In this document: piece by piece, positions 11,135-20,879 of the stretch
Layout of the letters: each line of letters opens with the position of its first letter
Position numbering within the stretch: the first letter of the stretch is position 1
Position numbers and translations under genes: made by a program
Assembly: GCA_965218095.1 (NCBI GenBank)
Contig: OZ244587.1
Location: 1,344,001-1,408,000 of the forward strand
Direction: 5' to 3'
Length of the DNA stretch: 64,000 bases
From: Candidatus Poribacteria bacterium
Lineage (GTDB): Bacteria > Poribacteria > WGA-4E > PCPOR2b
The notes under the pieces: model-generated
The model's database searches: none
What the model was told of the DNA's origin: nothing
Seen by the model: only the letters and a program-made list of their open reading frames with translations

Positions 11135-12118
11135 ATGAACGCTAGCGGCTGCCCCTCGGTCACAATCACGACACCCGCCCGGCTCCACTTTGCCCTCATT
11201 GATCTCAACGGCTCACTGGGCAGGATTGACGGGAGCATTGGTCTCGCAATCAATGGCCCGCATTTTGAAATTATTGCCGAACCGGCAAATCAGATTCGGA
11301 TTGCGTCTACCCAATACGAGGTGCGAGCGCGTGCTGTTGTCGAAAAGCTTCGAGCAAAATACAGCTTTCCGGGCATCCACCTTCAGCTTGTCTCTGAAAT
11401 CCCACCGCATTCCGGATTTGGCTCCGGGACACAATTGGCTTTAGGCATCGCCCAAGCGGTAAATATGCTTTACGATTTGAACTTGAGTGTAGCAGATTTG
11501 GCATGTACCGTCGGGCGCGGCGGTACATCAGGCATCGGCATTACCGCATTTGAACGGGGCGGGTTCATCCTTGATGGCGGTCACCGCTTCCCCAATCAAA
11601 AATCTTCTTTCTCACCCTCCTCCGCAGCGGGTAACGTTCCCGCGCCCCCGCTTCTCCTCTGTCATCCCTTCCCGGATTGGGAATTGCTCATCGTGATTCC
11701 GCGTTGCACGCATATCTCTGGCAAGACAGAGATTCAACTCTTCAAAACCCTCTGTCCCCAACCTAGAGCCACCGCCGAACAACTCTCCCACCTCATCCTC
11801 CTCAAGTTATTGCCGGCAATCTTTGAAAAGGACCGCCATGCCTTTGGATCCGCGATTAACGACATTCAGACCTTTGGCTGGAAAAAGGTTGAAATTGATG
11901 CCCAAGGCGGCATTCTGCAACGGACGCTTGACTTTTTACATGACAACGGCGCAATTGGTGCGGGTGTGAGCAGTTGGGGACCGGCGATCTTCGCCGTTGG
12001 GGATGACCTCCTCACCTTAAAAGGAAAGACAGAGGCGTTCCTCCAAACGTTGCCGGAAAGTGGAACCTGCTTTATCACGAATGCAAACAACGTTGGAGCA
12101 CAGGTTAAAGTCTCCTAA
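11135..12118 (+). CDS. Beta-ribofuranosylaminobenzene 5'-phosphate (RFAP) synthase, GHMP kinase family
   Basis: TPARLHFALIDLNGSLGRIDGSIG, IPPHSGFGSGTQLAL, GRGGTSGIG..FERGGFILDGGH and SSWGP are all RFAP synthase/MptG signatures. Confidence 0.85.
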   Translation: MNASGCPSVTITTPARLHFALIDLNGSLGRIDGSIGLAINGPHFEIIAEPANQIRIASTQYEVRARAVVEKLRAKYSFPGIHLQLVSEIPPHSGFGSGTQLALGIAQAVNMLYDLNLSVADLACTVGRGGTSGIGITAFERGGFILDGGHRFPNQKSSFSPSSAAGNVPAPPLLLCHPFPDWELLIVIPRCTHISGKTEIQLFKTLCPQPRATAEQLSHLILLKLLPAIFEKDRHAFGSAINDIQTFGWKKVEIDAQGGILQRTLDFLHDNGAIGAGVSSWGPAIFAVGDDLLTLKGKTEAFLQTLPESGTCFITNANNVGAQVKVS

Positions 12119-12193
12119 GCTTCGGGCGTCCCCCTGTACCGCCCCTGGGGGTTACAAACCTCGCCGTTCAGGATGGGGTAGTTGACCATCCAG

Positions 12194-13081
12194 CTATATG
12201 ACAATCTCAGTCCCGATGCCCAATTGCGTAAAAACCTCTAGCAAAATCGCATGGCTAATTCGACCGTCAATAATATGCGTTTTCCAGACCCCGCCCTGGA
12301 GTGCAGTCACACACGCTTCGACTTTCGGTAACATCCCTGTGCCAATCACTCCATCGGCAATCAACCCTTCAATTTCATTGGTTCTTATTCTCGATATCAG
12401 CGTGGATTCATCGTGCAAATCTCGTAAGATGCCGCGTTGATCTGTCAACAGAATCAGCTTTTCTGCGTTGAGGGCAGCAGCTATTTCTCCTGCCATTGTA
12501 TCCGCGTTGATGTTATACGTGCAATCATCATCTCCCACACCGTTTGGTGCGAGCACCGGGATATAACCTTCTCGATCCAGGGTGATGAGTACCTCTGGCT
12601 TAACATCAACAATCTCTCCGACAAAACCTATATCCACGGAGGTTGTCCTTCCGTGTTCATCGATGACCTGCGGGCGGTGTTTCTGCACACGGATGAGGTT
12701 CGCATCCTTCCCACAAAGCCCAACCGCTTTTCCGCCGTGCAGGTTAATCAGTGAGACAATTTCTTTGTTGATTACCCCCGCGAGGACCATTTCAGCGATC
12801 TCAACCGTCTCCGAATCGGTGACTCGCAAGCCTTGTACAAACTCCGCCTCCTTGCCGACTCGCTGCATCCATTCGCTGATCTGCTCTCCGCCGCCATGCA
12901 CCACAACAGGGTGCATACCGACATACTTCATCAACACGACATCCTGCATCACGCTGTGCTTGAGCGATTCCTGCTTCATCGCAGAGCCCCCGTACTTAAT
13001 CACGATTGTTTTGCCCGAAAAACTCCGAATGTACGGCAACGCCTCAATTAGAATATCTGCTTTTTTGACGAGTTCATCCAT
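12194..13081 (-). CDS. argB: Acetylglutamate kinase
   Basis: LIEALPYI, VIKYGGSAM, VVHGGG, NINADT and GMLPKV motifs. Confidence 0.95.
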   Translation of the reverse strand: MDELVKKADILIEALPYIRSFSGKTIVIKYGGSAMKQESLKHSVMQDVVLMKYVGMHPVVVHGGGEQISEWMQRVGKEAEFVQGLRVTDSETVEIAEMVLAGVINKEIVSLINLHGGKAVGLCGKDANLIRVQKHRPQVIDEHGRTTSVDIGFVGEIVDVKPEVLITLDREGYIPVLAPNGVGDDDCTYNINADTMAGEIAAALNAEKLILLTDQRGILRDLHDESTLISRIRTNEIEGLIADGVIGTGMLPKVEACVTALQGGVWKTHIIDGRISHAILLEVFTQLGIGTEIVI

Positions 13082-13110
13082 TCATGACCTCCGGTTTTTT
13101 GATTTCGGTG

Positions 13111-13352
13111 CTACTTCAGAATCAACATTTTCCGTTTAGCGGTGAATTCACCGGCCCTCAATCCGTAGAAATAAATTCCACTGGTAACAGGTTCACCTTG
13201 AGCATTTAATCCCTCCCAATACGCGGCGCGGTCTTGGGTCAGATAATTGCCGGCCGGCAAGCGCCCCAGATAAAAGGTACGAATCAGGCTGCCGCCGGAA
13301 TGGTAGATGTGGATGGTGACACGCGCTTCCTCGCCAAGCTGAAACGGAATTC
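13111..13352 (-). pseudogene. Orphan FlgD-Ig-like (T9SS type A sorting-like) C-terminal domain fragment
   Basis: IPFQL..VTIHIY..G.LIRT...AAYWEGLN.QGEPVTSGIYFY.LRAGEFTAKRKMLILK; no proper start or signal peptide; lies between argJ and argB. Confidence 0.7.
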
Positions 13353-13367
13353 GATGGGTAGCTGATA

Positions 13368-14576
13368 TTACGTCCGATAGTCCGCATTGATCCGAATATA
13401 ATCGTAAGAATAGTCGCACGTCCACATCGTGACCTCTGCATCGCCGGCATTCAGGTCAACCGTGATTGTCACGGTATCTTTGGAAAAGAGGTCAGTTGCT
13501 TTATCCTCATCAAAACCCGCGTCCATTCCGTCTTTGACGAGCTGATAGCCGCCGAGCCAGACATCCACCTGATACGGGTCGAACTCCGCTTCCGATTTTC
13601 CGACCGCCATCATGATGCGCCCCCAATTTGCGTCTGCCCCAAAGACAGCAGTCTTCACAAGTGGCGATTCCGCGATTGCACGGGCTGCCATCTCTCCTTC
13701 CGCTTCGTTCTTTGCACCCTTCACGATGACTTCGATCAGCTTCGTCGCGCCCTCTCCATCCTGCGCGATCATCTTCGCCAACTCAACGCAGACAAAATTC
13801 AGCCCCTCATGGAACGCCTCACAATCATCGCCTGCTGTTTCGGTAATCTCCGGATTCCCTGCGGCGCCTGTCGCCAAGATTAACACAGTGTCGTTTGTGC
13901 TTCTATCCGAATCGACCGTCATGCGATTGAAGGACTTCACAACGGACTCGCGTAATACAGTTTGTAGCGCCTCACTGGTGATGTTCGCGTCCGTCGCCAG
14001 AAAAGCGAGCATCGTTGCCATATTTGGGGCGATCATCCCAGCACCTTTCGTCATGCCACCAATTCTCACCGTTTTGCCCCCAATCTCAAGCTCAACCGCG
14101 ATCTCTTTGGGGACAGTATCCGTCGTCATGATTGCGAGCGCGGCATCATGGTCGCCTTCCGTTTGCAAGGCATCGGCGGCGAGACGGATGCCGTGAGCAA
14201 TCGTATCCATCGGTAATTGCTGTCCGATGACGCCCGTCGAAGCCACTAACACAAGACACGGATCGATACCGAGCGCCTCCCCTGCGAGCGAGGTCATCTG
14301 ACGGGCATTCGCTATGCCTTGTTCGCCTGTGCATGCGTTGGCGTTCTTGCTGTTGACGACAATCGCTTGCGCCGTATGGTCACTGAGATGTTCGCGGCAA
14401 ACCAAAACGACCGGCGCACAAACACGATTCCGTGTGAAAACGCCTGCCGCAACCGCCGGCGCATCCGCCGTGATCAGCGCAACATCCTTTTCGTTATTCG
14501 GTTTCAGTCCTGCATGGACGCCTGCGGCGTTTATTCCCGGCACCGCCGTGATTCCGCCGTCGATCTGTTTCATCAA
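13368..14576 (-). CDS. argJ: Glutamate N-acetyltransferase / amino-acid acetyltransferase
   Basis: KGAGMIAPNMATML autoproteolysis motif, ASTGVIG, DGEGATK, YIRINADYRT. Confidence 0.96.
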   Translation of the reverse strand: MMKQIDGGITAVPGINAAGVHAGLKPNNEKDVALITADAPAVAAGVFTRNRVCAPVVLVCREHLSDHTAQAIVVNSKNANACTGEQGIANARQMTSLAGEALGIDPCLVLVASTGVIGQQLPMDTIAHGIRLAADALQTEGDHDAALAIMTTDTVPKEIAVELEIGGKTVRIGGMTKGAGMIAPNMATMLAFLATDANITSEALQTVLRESVVKSFNRMTVDSDRSTNDTVLILATGAAGNPEITETAGDDCEAFHEGLNFVCVELAKMIAQDGEGATKLIEVIVKGAKNEAEGEMAARAIAESPLVKTAVFGADANWGRIMMAVGKSEAEFDPYQVDVWLGGYQLVKDGMDAGFDEDKATDLFSKDTVTITVDLNAGDAEVTMWTCDYSYDYIRINADYRT

Positions 14577-14660
14577 AACTCTCCATCGGGTAAAGGTTCA
14601 ATTTCCCTGTATCCCACTTTCCCTGTATCCCACTGTATCCTATTACTAATTGGTGCGTCA

Positions 14661-14689
14661 ATTATAGCGAGTCATACGAGAATTGTCAA
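14661..14689 (-). promoter_or_regulatory. Consensus sigma70 promoter for argJB
   Basis: Minus strand reads TTGACA-17 nt-TATAAT. Confidence 0.8.
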
Positions 14690-14708
14690 TCGTCAATTCT
14701 ATTTTGGA

Positions 14709-14737
14709 TTGCTAAGATGTTGCTTTGGTGGTATAAT
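14709..14737 (+). promoter_or_regulatory. Divergent sigma70 promoter for the iolB-like gene
   Basis: TTGCTA-17 nt-TATAAT. Confidence 0.6.
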
Positions 14738-14915
14738 GCGGATACCCTTTCGAGGTTTATTCTGATGAACTGCAAGTCCAATTTAACCCCATTATCAAGG
14801 AGAAAGAATATTATCTTGATAGGAATGTGGATCTAAGTACCTGTAATCCTAAACGAATACGATAGTCAAGACAGGTTTGAAATTTGTTATCCTGTCACAG
14901 ATCTGTTTCAGTAAA

Positions 14916-15560
14916 ATGAATCTGTATAAAAAATACGAACCGAATGAAGGATATACGCGGATTATTGAGCGCGGCGAAATGGGAATAGCGCATCTCGATT
15001 TTGGCATCGTCAATCTCGGCGTCGGTGGATTTTTCTTTGAAGACACTGCAGATAACGAAGTTTCGCTGATTGTGCTAGGTGGCAGATGCGAACTGCTTGT
15101 TGGGCACAATGGGAATAAGGCGCACGGCCTCATCGGTGAACGTCCAAACGTCTTTGGCGACGAAGCGCATCGTGCGTATATCCCTTATCGGACGACATAT
15201 GAGCTCTTTGCGCACGACGAGTCTGCCGAGGTTGCAGTCTGCAAAACTCCCTCTCATCTCGAAACAGCAGCCGTCATCCTCGAACCGGGCGACGATTTCA
15301 ACGATAGCGAACACGCGTCGATTATCAGCGAAACATCCGTTCACTTGATTTCTGGTGAAGCAGTCTGCTTCTATCGCTTCGATTCCGCGACGGGTGGTGC
15401 ATTTCTACGCATCTACAGCAATAGCGATTCATATGATCAAACCATGCGGATTGGCCACAATGATGTGTTCGCGTTGCCCAAAAGTTATCATGCAGAACTT
15501 GTGGAATCGAAGGATCGGCTGTATTGCCTCTCGATTTCTTTTGTTGGGAAAGAATTTTGA
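14916..15560 (+). CDS. IolB/KduI-like cupin protein (5-deoxy-glucuronate isomerase-like, degenerate)
   Basis: EVSLIVLGGRC, IGERPNVF..AYIP, YRFD..GGAF.RIY, DVFALPKSYH resemble IolB; start position uncertain. Confidence 0.6.
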   Translation: MNLYKKYEPNEGYTRIIERGEMGIAHLDFGIVNLGVGGFFFEDTADNEVSLIVLGGRCELLVGHNGNKAHGLIGERPNVFGDEAHRAYIPYRTTYELFAHDESAEVAVCKTPSHLETAAVILEPGDDFNDSEHASIISETSVHLISGEAVCFYRFDSATGGAFLRIYSNSDSYDQTMRIGHNDVFALPKSYHAELVESKDRLYCLSISFVGKEF

Positions 15561-15611
15561 AAAAATGTGAGTCATCGATCGCCCCCGAGACAGTTCTAAG
15601 CTGGAAGACCG

Positions 15612-15900
15612 ATGCCGCGTGAAGGCGCGTATGCCATCCGAAATCGCCCCGAAATCCGAGAAATTATCGAGGAAGTTAAATTAGGACGATATTTCGTTAT
15701 CTATGCGTCGAGACAAGTGGGCAAAACCCCGTTGATTCAGGAGGTTGTCGAGAAGCTTGAACCCGATGAAACCTATCTGGTTTTATATCTCCAATGTCAA
15801 GCTCTGAGCTCAATGAGCAGCGATTCTATCAGATTCTTGCAAAGGAGATGTTGTTTGAAATCGAGATTGGTTTAACCAAGAAGAGTATCAGGAAACTCTA
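15612..15900 (+). pseudogene. AAA-like P-loop ATPase, 5' fragment
   Basis: GRYFVIYASRQVGKT Walker A-like motif; frameshift near 15810; broken off at about 15900. Confidence 0.7.
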
Positions 15901-15901
15901 A

Positions 15902-16000
15902 TTAAAAGGGCTTGCCACTAAAGATGATATTAACCGAATAGAAACAAAACTAGAAGCACTTAATCAGAATTTTATTGACCATTTGAAAGGACACCCCTAA
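15902..16000 (+). pseudogene. 3' fragment of a small TM/coiled-coil cassette gene (paralog of 33067-33246)
   Basis: LKGLATKDDINRIETKLEALNQNFIDHLKGHP* versus RGLATKDDINRIERKLEALNQNFIDHLKGHA*. Confidence 0.75.
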
Positions 16001-16052
16001 CTCTCTAACGAAGTGAGATCCCGATTTATCGGGACCTTACGGAGGATTTACC

Positions 16053-16970
16053 ATGAAATGCACCATGTCGGTTTCGATCCCGATCTTATCGGGGCTCGTT
16101 TTGACAATTCTGTTTGTTTTCCCTGTGATTGGGTTCTCGGAACTTACCGAGAAAGACTTAGAGAAAATCCAACAAATCGTTCAATCTGAAGTGAATACCA
16201 TCAAGCAAGACATAACAGAAGTTGAACTCCGATTAATTGAGAAGATACGTGAATCGGAGAATCGGCTTCAATCTCAATTTAACGTTGCTCTGGATAACCG
16301 AACCAACGACATCATGATAATCTTTGCCGTAGTTTCTATGGGGTTCTTCCTTCTGTTCGGTTGCATCCTACTAGTTGGCGCATTGCGAAACCGTCAGCCT
16401 AAATTGCGAAACCGTCAGCCTAACAAGAAACTTATCATTCTTATGATGATTAGCCTCGCCGGTGCGTTGCTATGTCGAGTACCTCCCATCAATGCACAGC
16501 CAGATAGGTTTTTTGGAGATATTGTCTGTACTCGGTTAACTGTCTTGAATCGAAATCAAAGAGAAGTCGTGAGCATATTTCCCTATGGGGATGATGGTGG
16601 AAGTATTCAGATTCACGGGAAGCCGGGACAACGCGCTGTCATGGGCACCGATGGGGATGGCGGACAGGTCTTACTTAGAGGCAAGCATGGTGATGTTAGC
16701 ATATACACCGATGGACAGGGTGGACGACTTAATATTTCCTCTAGTAAGTCTGGGAAAGCTACCATGCTAATCAATGAGTATGGTGGAAGCATTAGTCTTA
16801 GTCAAACAAGTAAAATAAGTCGCGAACAGGGCATACTAGATGGTATAAATGAACCTGGGGATTTGCGGCTAGTAGACCCACGAGGACATGAAAGAATGTT
16901 CATAGGGGTAGATGAAGATGGAAACGGCGTAATAGCAAAATGGGACAAGAACGGGTATCGTCTCAAATGA
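16053..16970 (+). CDS. Membrane protein with conserved N-terminus and variable Gly-rich beta C-terminus (paralog of 33264-34016)
   Basis: GGAGG RBS; first about 155 aa highly similar to the 33264 ORF; 21-bp tandem duplication at 16382-16423 (LRNRQPK-LRNRQPN). Confidence 0.8.
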   Translation: MKCTMSVSIPILSGLVLTILFVFPVIGFSELTEKDLEKIQQIVQSEVNTIKQDITEVELRLIEKIRESENRLQSQFNVALDNRTNDIMIIFAVVSMGFFLLFGCILLVGALRNRQPKLRNRQPNKKLIILMMISLAGALLCRVPPINAQPDRFFGDIVCTRLTVLNRNQREVVSIFPYGDDGGSIQIHGKPGQRAVMGTDGDGGQVLLRGKHGDVSIYTDGQGGRLNISSSKSGKATMLINEYGGSISLSQTSKISREQGILDGINEPGDLRLVDPRGHERMFIGVDEDGNGVIAKWDKNGYRLK

Positions 16971-17077
16971 TAGAAATCGTTGGAACCCTCTTAGCCCTGA
17001 TAATCGGCTTGATTTTGGCTTCACTCGGTTGGGGCTGTTGGGACTTAATTTTGAAAACTTGGAAATTTTACCGATAG
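16967..17077 (+). CDS. Small single-TM peptide (36 aa)
   Basis: ATGA overlap with the upstream gene; MIEIVGTLLALIIGLILASLGWGCWDLILKTWKFYR; second copy at 34733. Confidence 0.55.
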   Translation: MIEIVGTLLALIIGLILASLGWGCWDLILKTWKFYR

Positions 17078-17126
17078 AAACACTTAACCTACGGCGGATC
17101 TAACAATATCAAGCAACCCTTACCCT

Positions 17127-17237
17127 ATGCTAAACCCTAACGAAGAACTTCGAGAGATGTTGAAAGAGGCTCTCGAAATAACAACTCGGAATAGTCGCCA
17201 GATTGATAAACTTGCCCGAACAACAGATCCCCGATGA
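17127..17237 (+). pseudogene. 5' fragment of a small coiled-coil gene fused onto the AAA remnant
   Basis: MLNPNEELREMLKEALEITTRNSRQIDKLA; follows the junction motif at 17085. Confidence 0.4.
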
Positions 17238-18060
17238 CGTGATGGATTTCATCGCCGATAAGACGGGAGGACAACCGTATCTGATCTGGCCGTCAAAATT
17301 CTGGTCACGGAGATTAAACCCTACACCGACTCCCGATCCATCATCCTTGCCGACGCCGAAGCAGCTTACATGAAGATACTCAACATGCGCGGCAACACCA
17401 ATCTGGATTCCATTCGCAAGCGAATTCAACCGGCGGAACATCGTGAGCGGCTGATGACGATCCTGACACAAGGGAATGTCCGCTATAATTTGAATGACCC
17501 CATTCTGGAGGAGTTGATCACCTTCGGCGTTATCAGCGATCAAAGTAGCTACTGTGCCATCAGCAATCCTGCCTACGCGCACACGATTATCACGTTGTAC
17601 ATGCCGTGACACAATGGTTCCGTGGAGGAATACTTCCCCGACGGCCATCAGCAGGTCATTGATGCGGATGGATTCATCAACCTCCACACGGTCATTGAGC
17701 AATTCCAGTATTTCCTGCCGAAGGTCGATCCCGCTTTCTACTTTCCCAACCAGACGCCGGTGGAAATTGTTCCACAATACTTTCTGTTCAGCCAATTGGA
17801 GGTGCTCTGCGCCTACACTGGTGGACACGTCTGCGCCGAAGTGCATCAAGGCAGCAAACGGATGGATCTGGTTCTCTTTGAGACGGCGGGACGGAAGCAG
17901 GTGATCGAATACAAAATCTGGCGCGGGCCTGCTTATCGGCAAAACGGACGGAATCAGTTAGCCGACTACCTGATTCACGAAGGGTTGGCGGAGGGGTATC
18001 TGGTTTTCCTCGCTCACGGGGGAAAGCAAGCTACAGTTTTAATCAAGCTGACATGGGTGG
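17218..18060 (+). pseudogene. AAA-like ATPase 3' part with PD-(D/E)XK-like nuclease tail, disrupted
   Basis: IADKTGGQPYLI, NLDSI, ISNP.Y and RMDLVL..VIEYKIWRG...G.NQLADYL...GL.EGYLV spread over several frames with stops. Confidence 0.7.
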
Positions 18061-18224
18061 TAGGTGCATTTACGAAAAGCCAGTTTGAATATATCATTAC
18101 CTTACCTAAAAGGTTGAGCGAGTGGGCAAAGGGGTGAGACAAGGACAGGAAGAAGGTAGGACAGGAAGAAGGTAGGAAAGGGAAGGGATGGTAGAATGGA
18201 AGGAGAGGAAGAATTTCCCGCAAC

Positions 18225-18415
18225 ACGCATAAGGATAGCCCGCACCGTAATGAATGCTCAATTCATAGAGTCCCCCATCAAGATGCCGATGGTCTCCAAG
18301 ATTTCCACGACGGACACGAGGAATCCTGTCAAGTATCTTAGTTGGTTTGTAAGTCGGGCTGTGGGAGTGGCGAGGATAACACCGCCACATTTCGCCTTTC
18401 CGTTTGAAATGGTCA
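18225..18415 (-). pseudogene. RelE/HigB-like addiction-module toxin remnant
   Basis: KILDRIPRVRRGNLGDHRHLDGGLYELSIHYGAGY matches the GN.GD....G..ELRI..G.GYR toxin pattern; no intact start and no antitoxin. Confidence 0.65.
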
Positions 18416-18450
18416 GATTTCTCCTGTGGAAGCGAGGCTGGCCAAATTGC

Positions 18451-18723
18451 CTATTCCCCCTCGATAAGTTCACCGGCCTTCTTTTTGAAGGCAATCGCGC
18501 TTCGTGAAACCTCGACTTTCACATTTTCTGCGATTATTAGCACGACAATATCTTTGTCCACGCCCACAATTTTTCCATGTAAGCCACCCGTCGTGACGAC
18601 TTCATCTGCCTTTGACAGATTGCTCAGCATGTTCTGATGTTTTTTCCGTTTAAGCTGTTCAGGGCGCAAGATCAGAAAGTAGAAGATTGGTATCATCAGA
18701 AGAATCGGAATGAAAGCCTCCAT
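18451..18723 (-). CDS. yajC: Preprotein translocase subunit YajC
   Basis: FYFLILRPEQ..K.HQ.ML..L...DEVVTTGGLHGKI. Confidence 0.93.
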   Translation of the reverse strand: MEAFIPILLMIPIFYFLILRPEQLKRKKHQNMLSNLSKADEVVTTGGLHGKIVGVDKDIVVLIIAENVKVEVSRSAIAFKKKAGELIEGE

Positions 18724-18740
18724 AGTTTATGTCCTCCAGA

Positions 18741-19769
18741 TTAAAGAATGAGCATTGCATCGCCATAGCTATAAAAGCGATACTTTTGTACAATAGCTTC
18801 CTGGTAAGCCGCAAAAATAAATTCACGCCCGGCAAATGCGCTGACGAGCATAAGCAAAGTTGATTTCGGCAAATGAAAATTAGTAATCAAAGCGTCAACA
18901 ACTTTGAACTGATAACCGGGATAGATAAAAATATCCGTATATCCTTTATAAGGAACGATTCCCCAGTCTGAGGCAACCGTTTCGAGTGCTCGAACTGAGG
19001 TTGTCCCGACCGTAACGACTTTTCGCCCCCGCTGTTTTGCGACGTTAATCTGATTAGCAGTTGCCTGAGAGATCTCAAAATATTCTGCGTGCATCTTGTG
19101 TGCTCCAATATCTTCCACTTTGACGGGTTGGAAAGTGCCGAGTCCAACATGCAGTGTAAGAGTAACAAGGTCAACACCACCTCGCTTGAGTCCTGCCAGC
19201 AACCCCTGCGTAAAATGTAACCCCGCCGTTGGCGCAGCGATTGCTCCTTCCACCTTCGCATAAACACATTGATACCCCTCTTGATCGGTGGGGTTCGGTT
19301 CACGTTTGATATAAAGCGGCAGGGGAATTTGACCGATTTGTGCGAGAATTGGCTGAAAATCTCCGTTGTATTTGAATCGTACAGTATAGATACCATCCTT
19401 TGATTTGGCAAGAATCTGTCCCGTCAGCAACTCATCACCAAACACGACACAGGTTCCTCGCGTGACGCGCCTGCCTGGCTTAACTAACGCCTCCCAGACA
19501 TTCGCCCGTTTCGGATGGATTAAAAGAAATTCAACCTTCCCGCCGGTTGGCTGTTTCCGCCCGATTAATCGTGCTGGAATGACTTTGGTATTGTTGATGA
19601 CAAGCAGGGAAGGAGAAGGGAGAAACTCGCCGATTTGTGAGAATTGCGTGTGGTGAATTTCGCGTGTCTGCCGATCAATGACCATTAGGCGGCTTCCATC
19701 CCTTTGCTGAAGAGGATACTGGGCGATAAGTGCTTCGGGCAGGTCATATTCATAATCGGTGAGTTTCAT
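18741..19769 (-). CDS. queA: tRNA preQ1 S-adenosylmethionine ribosyltransferase-isomerase
   Basis: MKLTDYEYDLPEALIAQYP start, AAPTAGLHFT, TNFHLPKSTL, YRFYSYGDAM. Confidence 0.96.
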   Translation of the reverse strand: MKLTDYEYDLPEALIAQYPLQQRDGSRLMVIDRQTREIHHTQFSQIGEFLPSPSLLVINNTKVIPARLIGRKQPTGGKVEFLLIHPKRANVWEALVKPGRRVTRGTCVVFGDELLTGQILAKSKDGIYTVRFKYNGDFQPILAQIGQIPLPLYIKREPNPTDQEGYQCVYAKVEGAIAAPTAGLHFTQGLLAGLKRGGVDLVTLTLHVGLGTFQPVKVEDIGAHKMHAEYFEISQATANQINVAKQRGRKVVTVGTTSVRALETVASDWGIVPYKGYTDIFIYPGYQFKVVDALITNFHLPKSTLLMLVSAFAGREFIFAAYQEAIVQKYRFYSYGDAMLIL

Positions 19770-19851
19770 GCTTGTTATTTTTTGGAACCGGAAGAGAGGA
19801 TTGGCAAAACCCCGATTACAGATCGGGGTCGTCAAAGGAAAGAAAACAGGT

Positions 19852-20868
19852 TTAGAAAAGCGTGGGATATCCAGGTGGGTCATACCCCAGGTGCTCATAA
19901 GCCGCATCTGTTGCGGCACGTCCCATTGGAGTCAAAGACAAAAACCCAATTTTGATTAAGTATGGTTCGTAAACTTCTTCAATAGTCCGCTCATCTTCAC
20001 TCACGGCAACCGCAATTGATTTTAGCCCAGCCCGACCACTGAACTTTTCAATGAGTGTCCGCAAATAAAATCTATCACTTTCGTCCAAGCCGAGTTCGTC
20101 AATTTTGAAAAAATCCAGCGCTTCTTGAGCGATTTCATAAGTGATAACTCCATCGGATTTAACCGTTGCATAATCCCGGACTTTTTTCAACAGGTTTCCC
20201 GCAATCCGCATGGTACCTCGTGAGCGGCGAGCCAGTTCACGTTCCGCTTCTTCTTCAATGATGGTATTCAACCAAAGGCTCATTCGGTTAATAGCAATCT
20301 GAGTCTCATCGGCTGTGTAATAATCGAGATGAATGCGAATCCCAAATCGATCTCGAAAAGGTCCCCCTAACAACCCTTCACGAGTGGTCGCACCCACAAG
20401 GGTAAAGCGGGCGAGTGGCACTGGAATAATATCCGCTGAAGGTCCTTGCCCAATTGGTAAATCCAATTTATAATCTTCCATTGCGGGATACATAGACTCC
20501 TGGACATAGCCCTTCATTCGATGAATTTCATCGACAAAAAGGATTTCCCGTTCTTCCAGGTTCGTTAAGATCGTCGCAAGGTCCAGGCGTTCCATCACGG
20601 GGCCAACTGCTGACTTCAAGCCGCTTCCCATTTCACTGGCAACAATCCGAGCGAGCGTTGTCTTACCCAGTCCGGGGGGACCGACAAAGAGAATGTGCGC
20701 TAATGCCTGTCCTCGACTTTTGGCGGCTTCGATATGGATGCGCAGTTGCTCTTTAACCTGTTCCTGCCCAATAAACTCCTCAAGGGTCTGGGGCCTCAGG
20801 CTGTAATGGTTGCCATCCGACCCGCCGTTATCCGAACCGTTGAGAAGTTTTTGCATCTGTTTATCCAT
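19852..20868 (-). CDS. ruvB: Holliday junction branch migration ATPase RuvB
   Basis: LRPQTLEEFIGQ, GPPGLGKTTLA, FVDEIHR, GATTR, YEPYLI. Confidence 0.96.
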   Translation of the reverse strand: MDKQMQKLLNGSDNGGSDGNHYSLRPQTLEEFIGQEQVKEQLRIHIEAAKSRGQALAHILFVGPPGLGKTTLARIVASEMGSGLKSAVGPVMERLDLATILTNLEEREILFVDEIHRMKGYVQESMYPAMEDYKLDLPIGQGPSADIIPVPLARFTLVGATTREGLLGGPFRDRFGIRIHLDYYTADETQIAINRMSLWLNTIIEEEAERELARRSRGTMRIAGNLLKKVRDYATVKSDGVITYEIAQEALDFFKIDELGLDESDRFYLRTLIEKFSGRAGLKSIAVAVSEDERTIEEVYEPYLIKIGFLSLTPMGRAATDAAYEHLGYDPPGYPTLF

Positions 20869-20879
20869 TGGGCAGCTCA

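Noticed and set aside
16053-16970. Diversity-generating retroelement target/template pair with 33264-34016
   Set aside because: Differences are not adenine-specific, the C-termini are unalignable rather than point-mutated, and no reverse transcriptase gene is in the window.
18237-18420. Possible structured ncRNA downstream of yajC
   Set aside because: The minus-strand translation matches a RelE/HigB toxin remnant, which explains the sequence.
19770-19919. N-terminal extension of QueA in the ORF track
   Set aside because: It overlaps the ruvB 3' end and an intergenic hairpin; homology starts at MKLTDY (19769).
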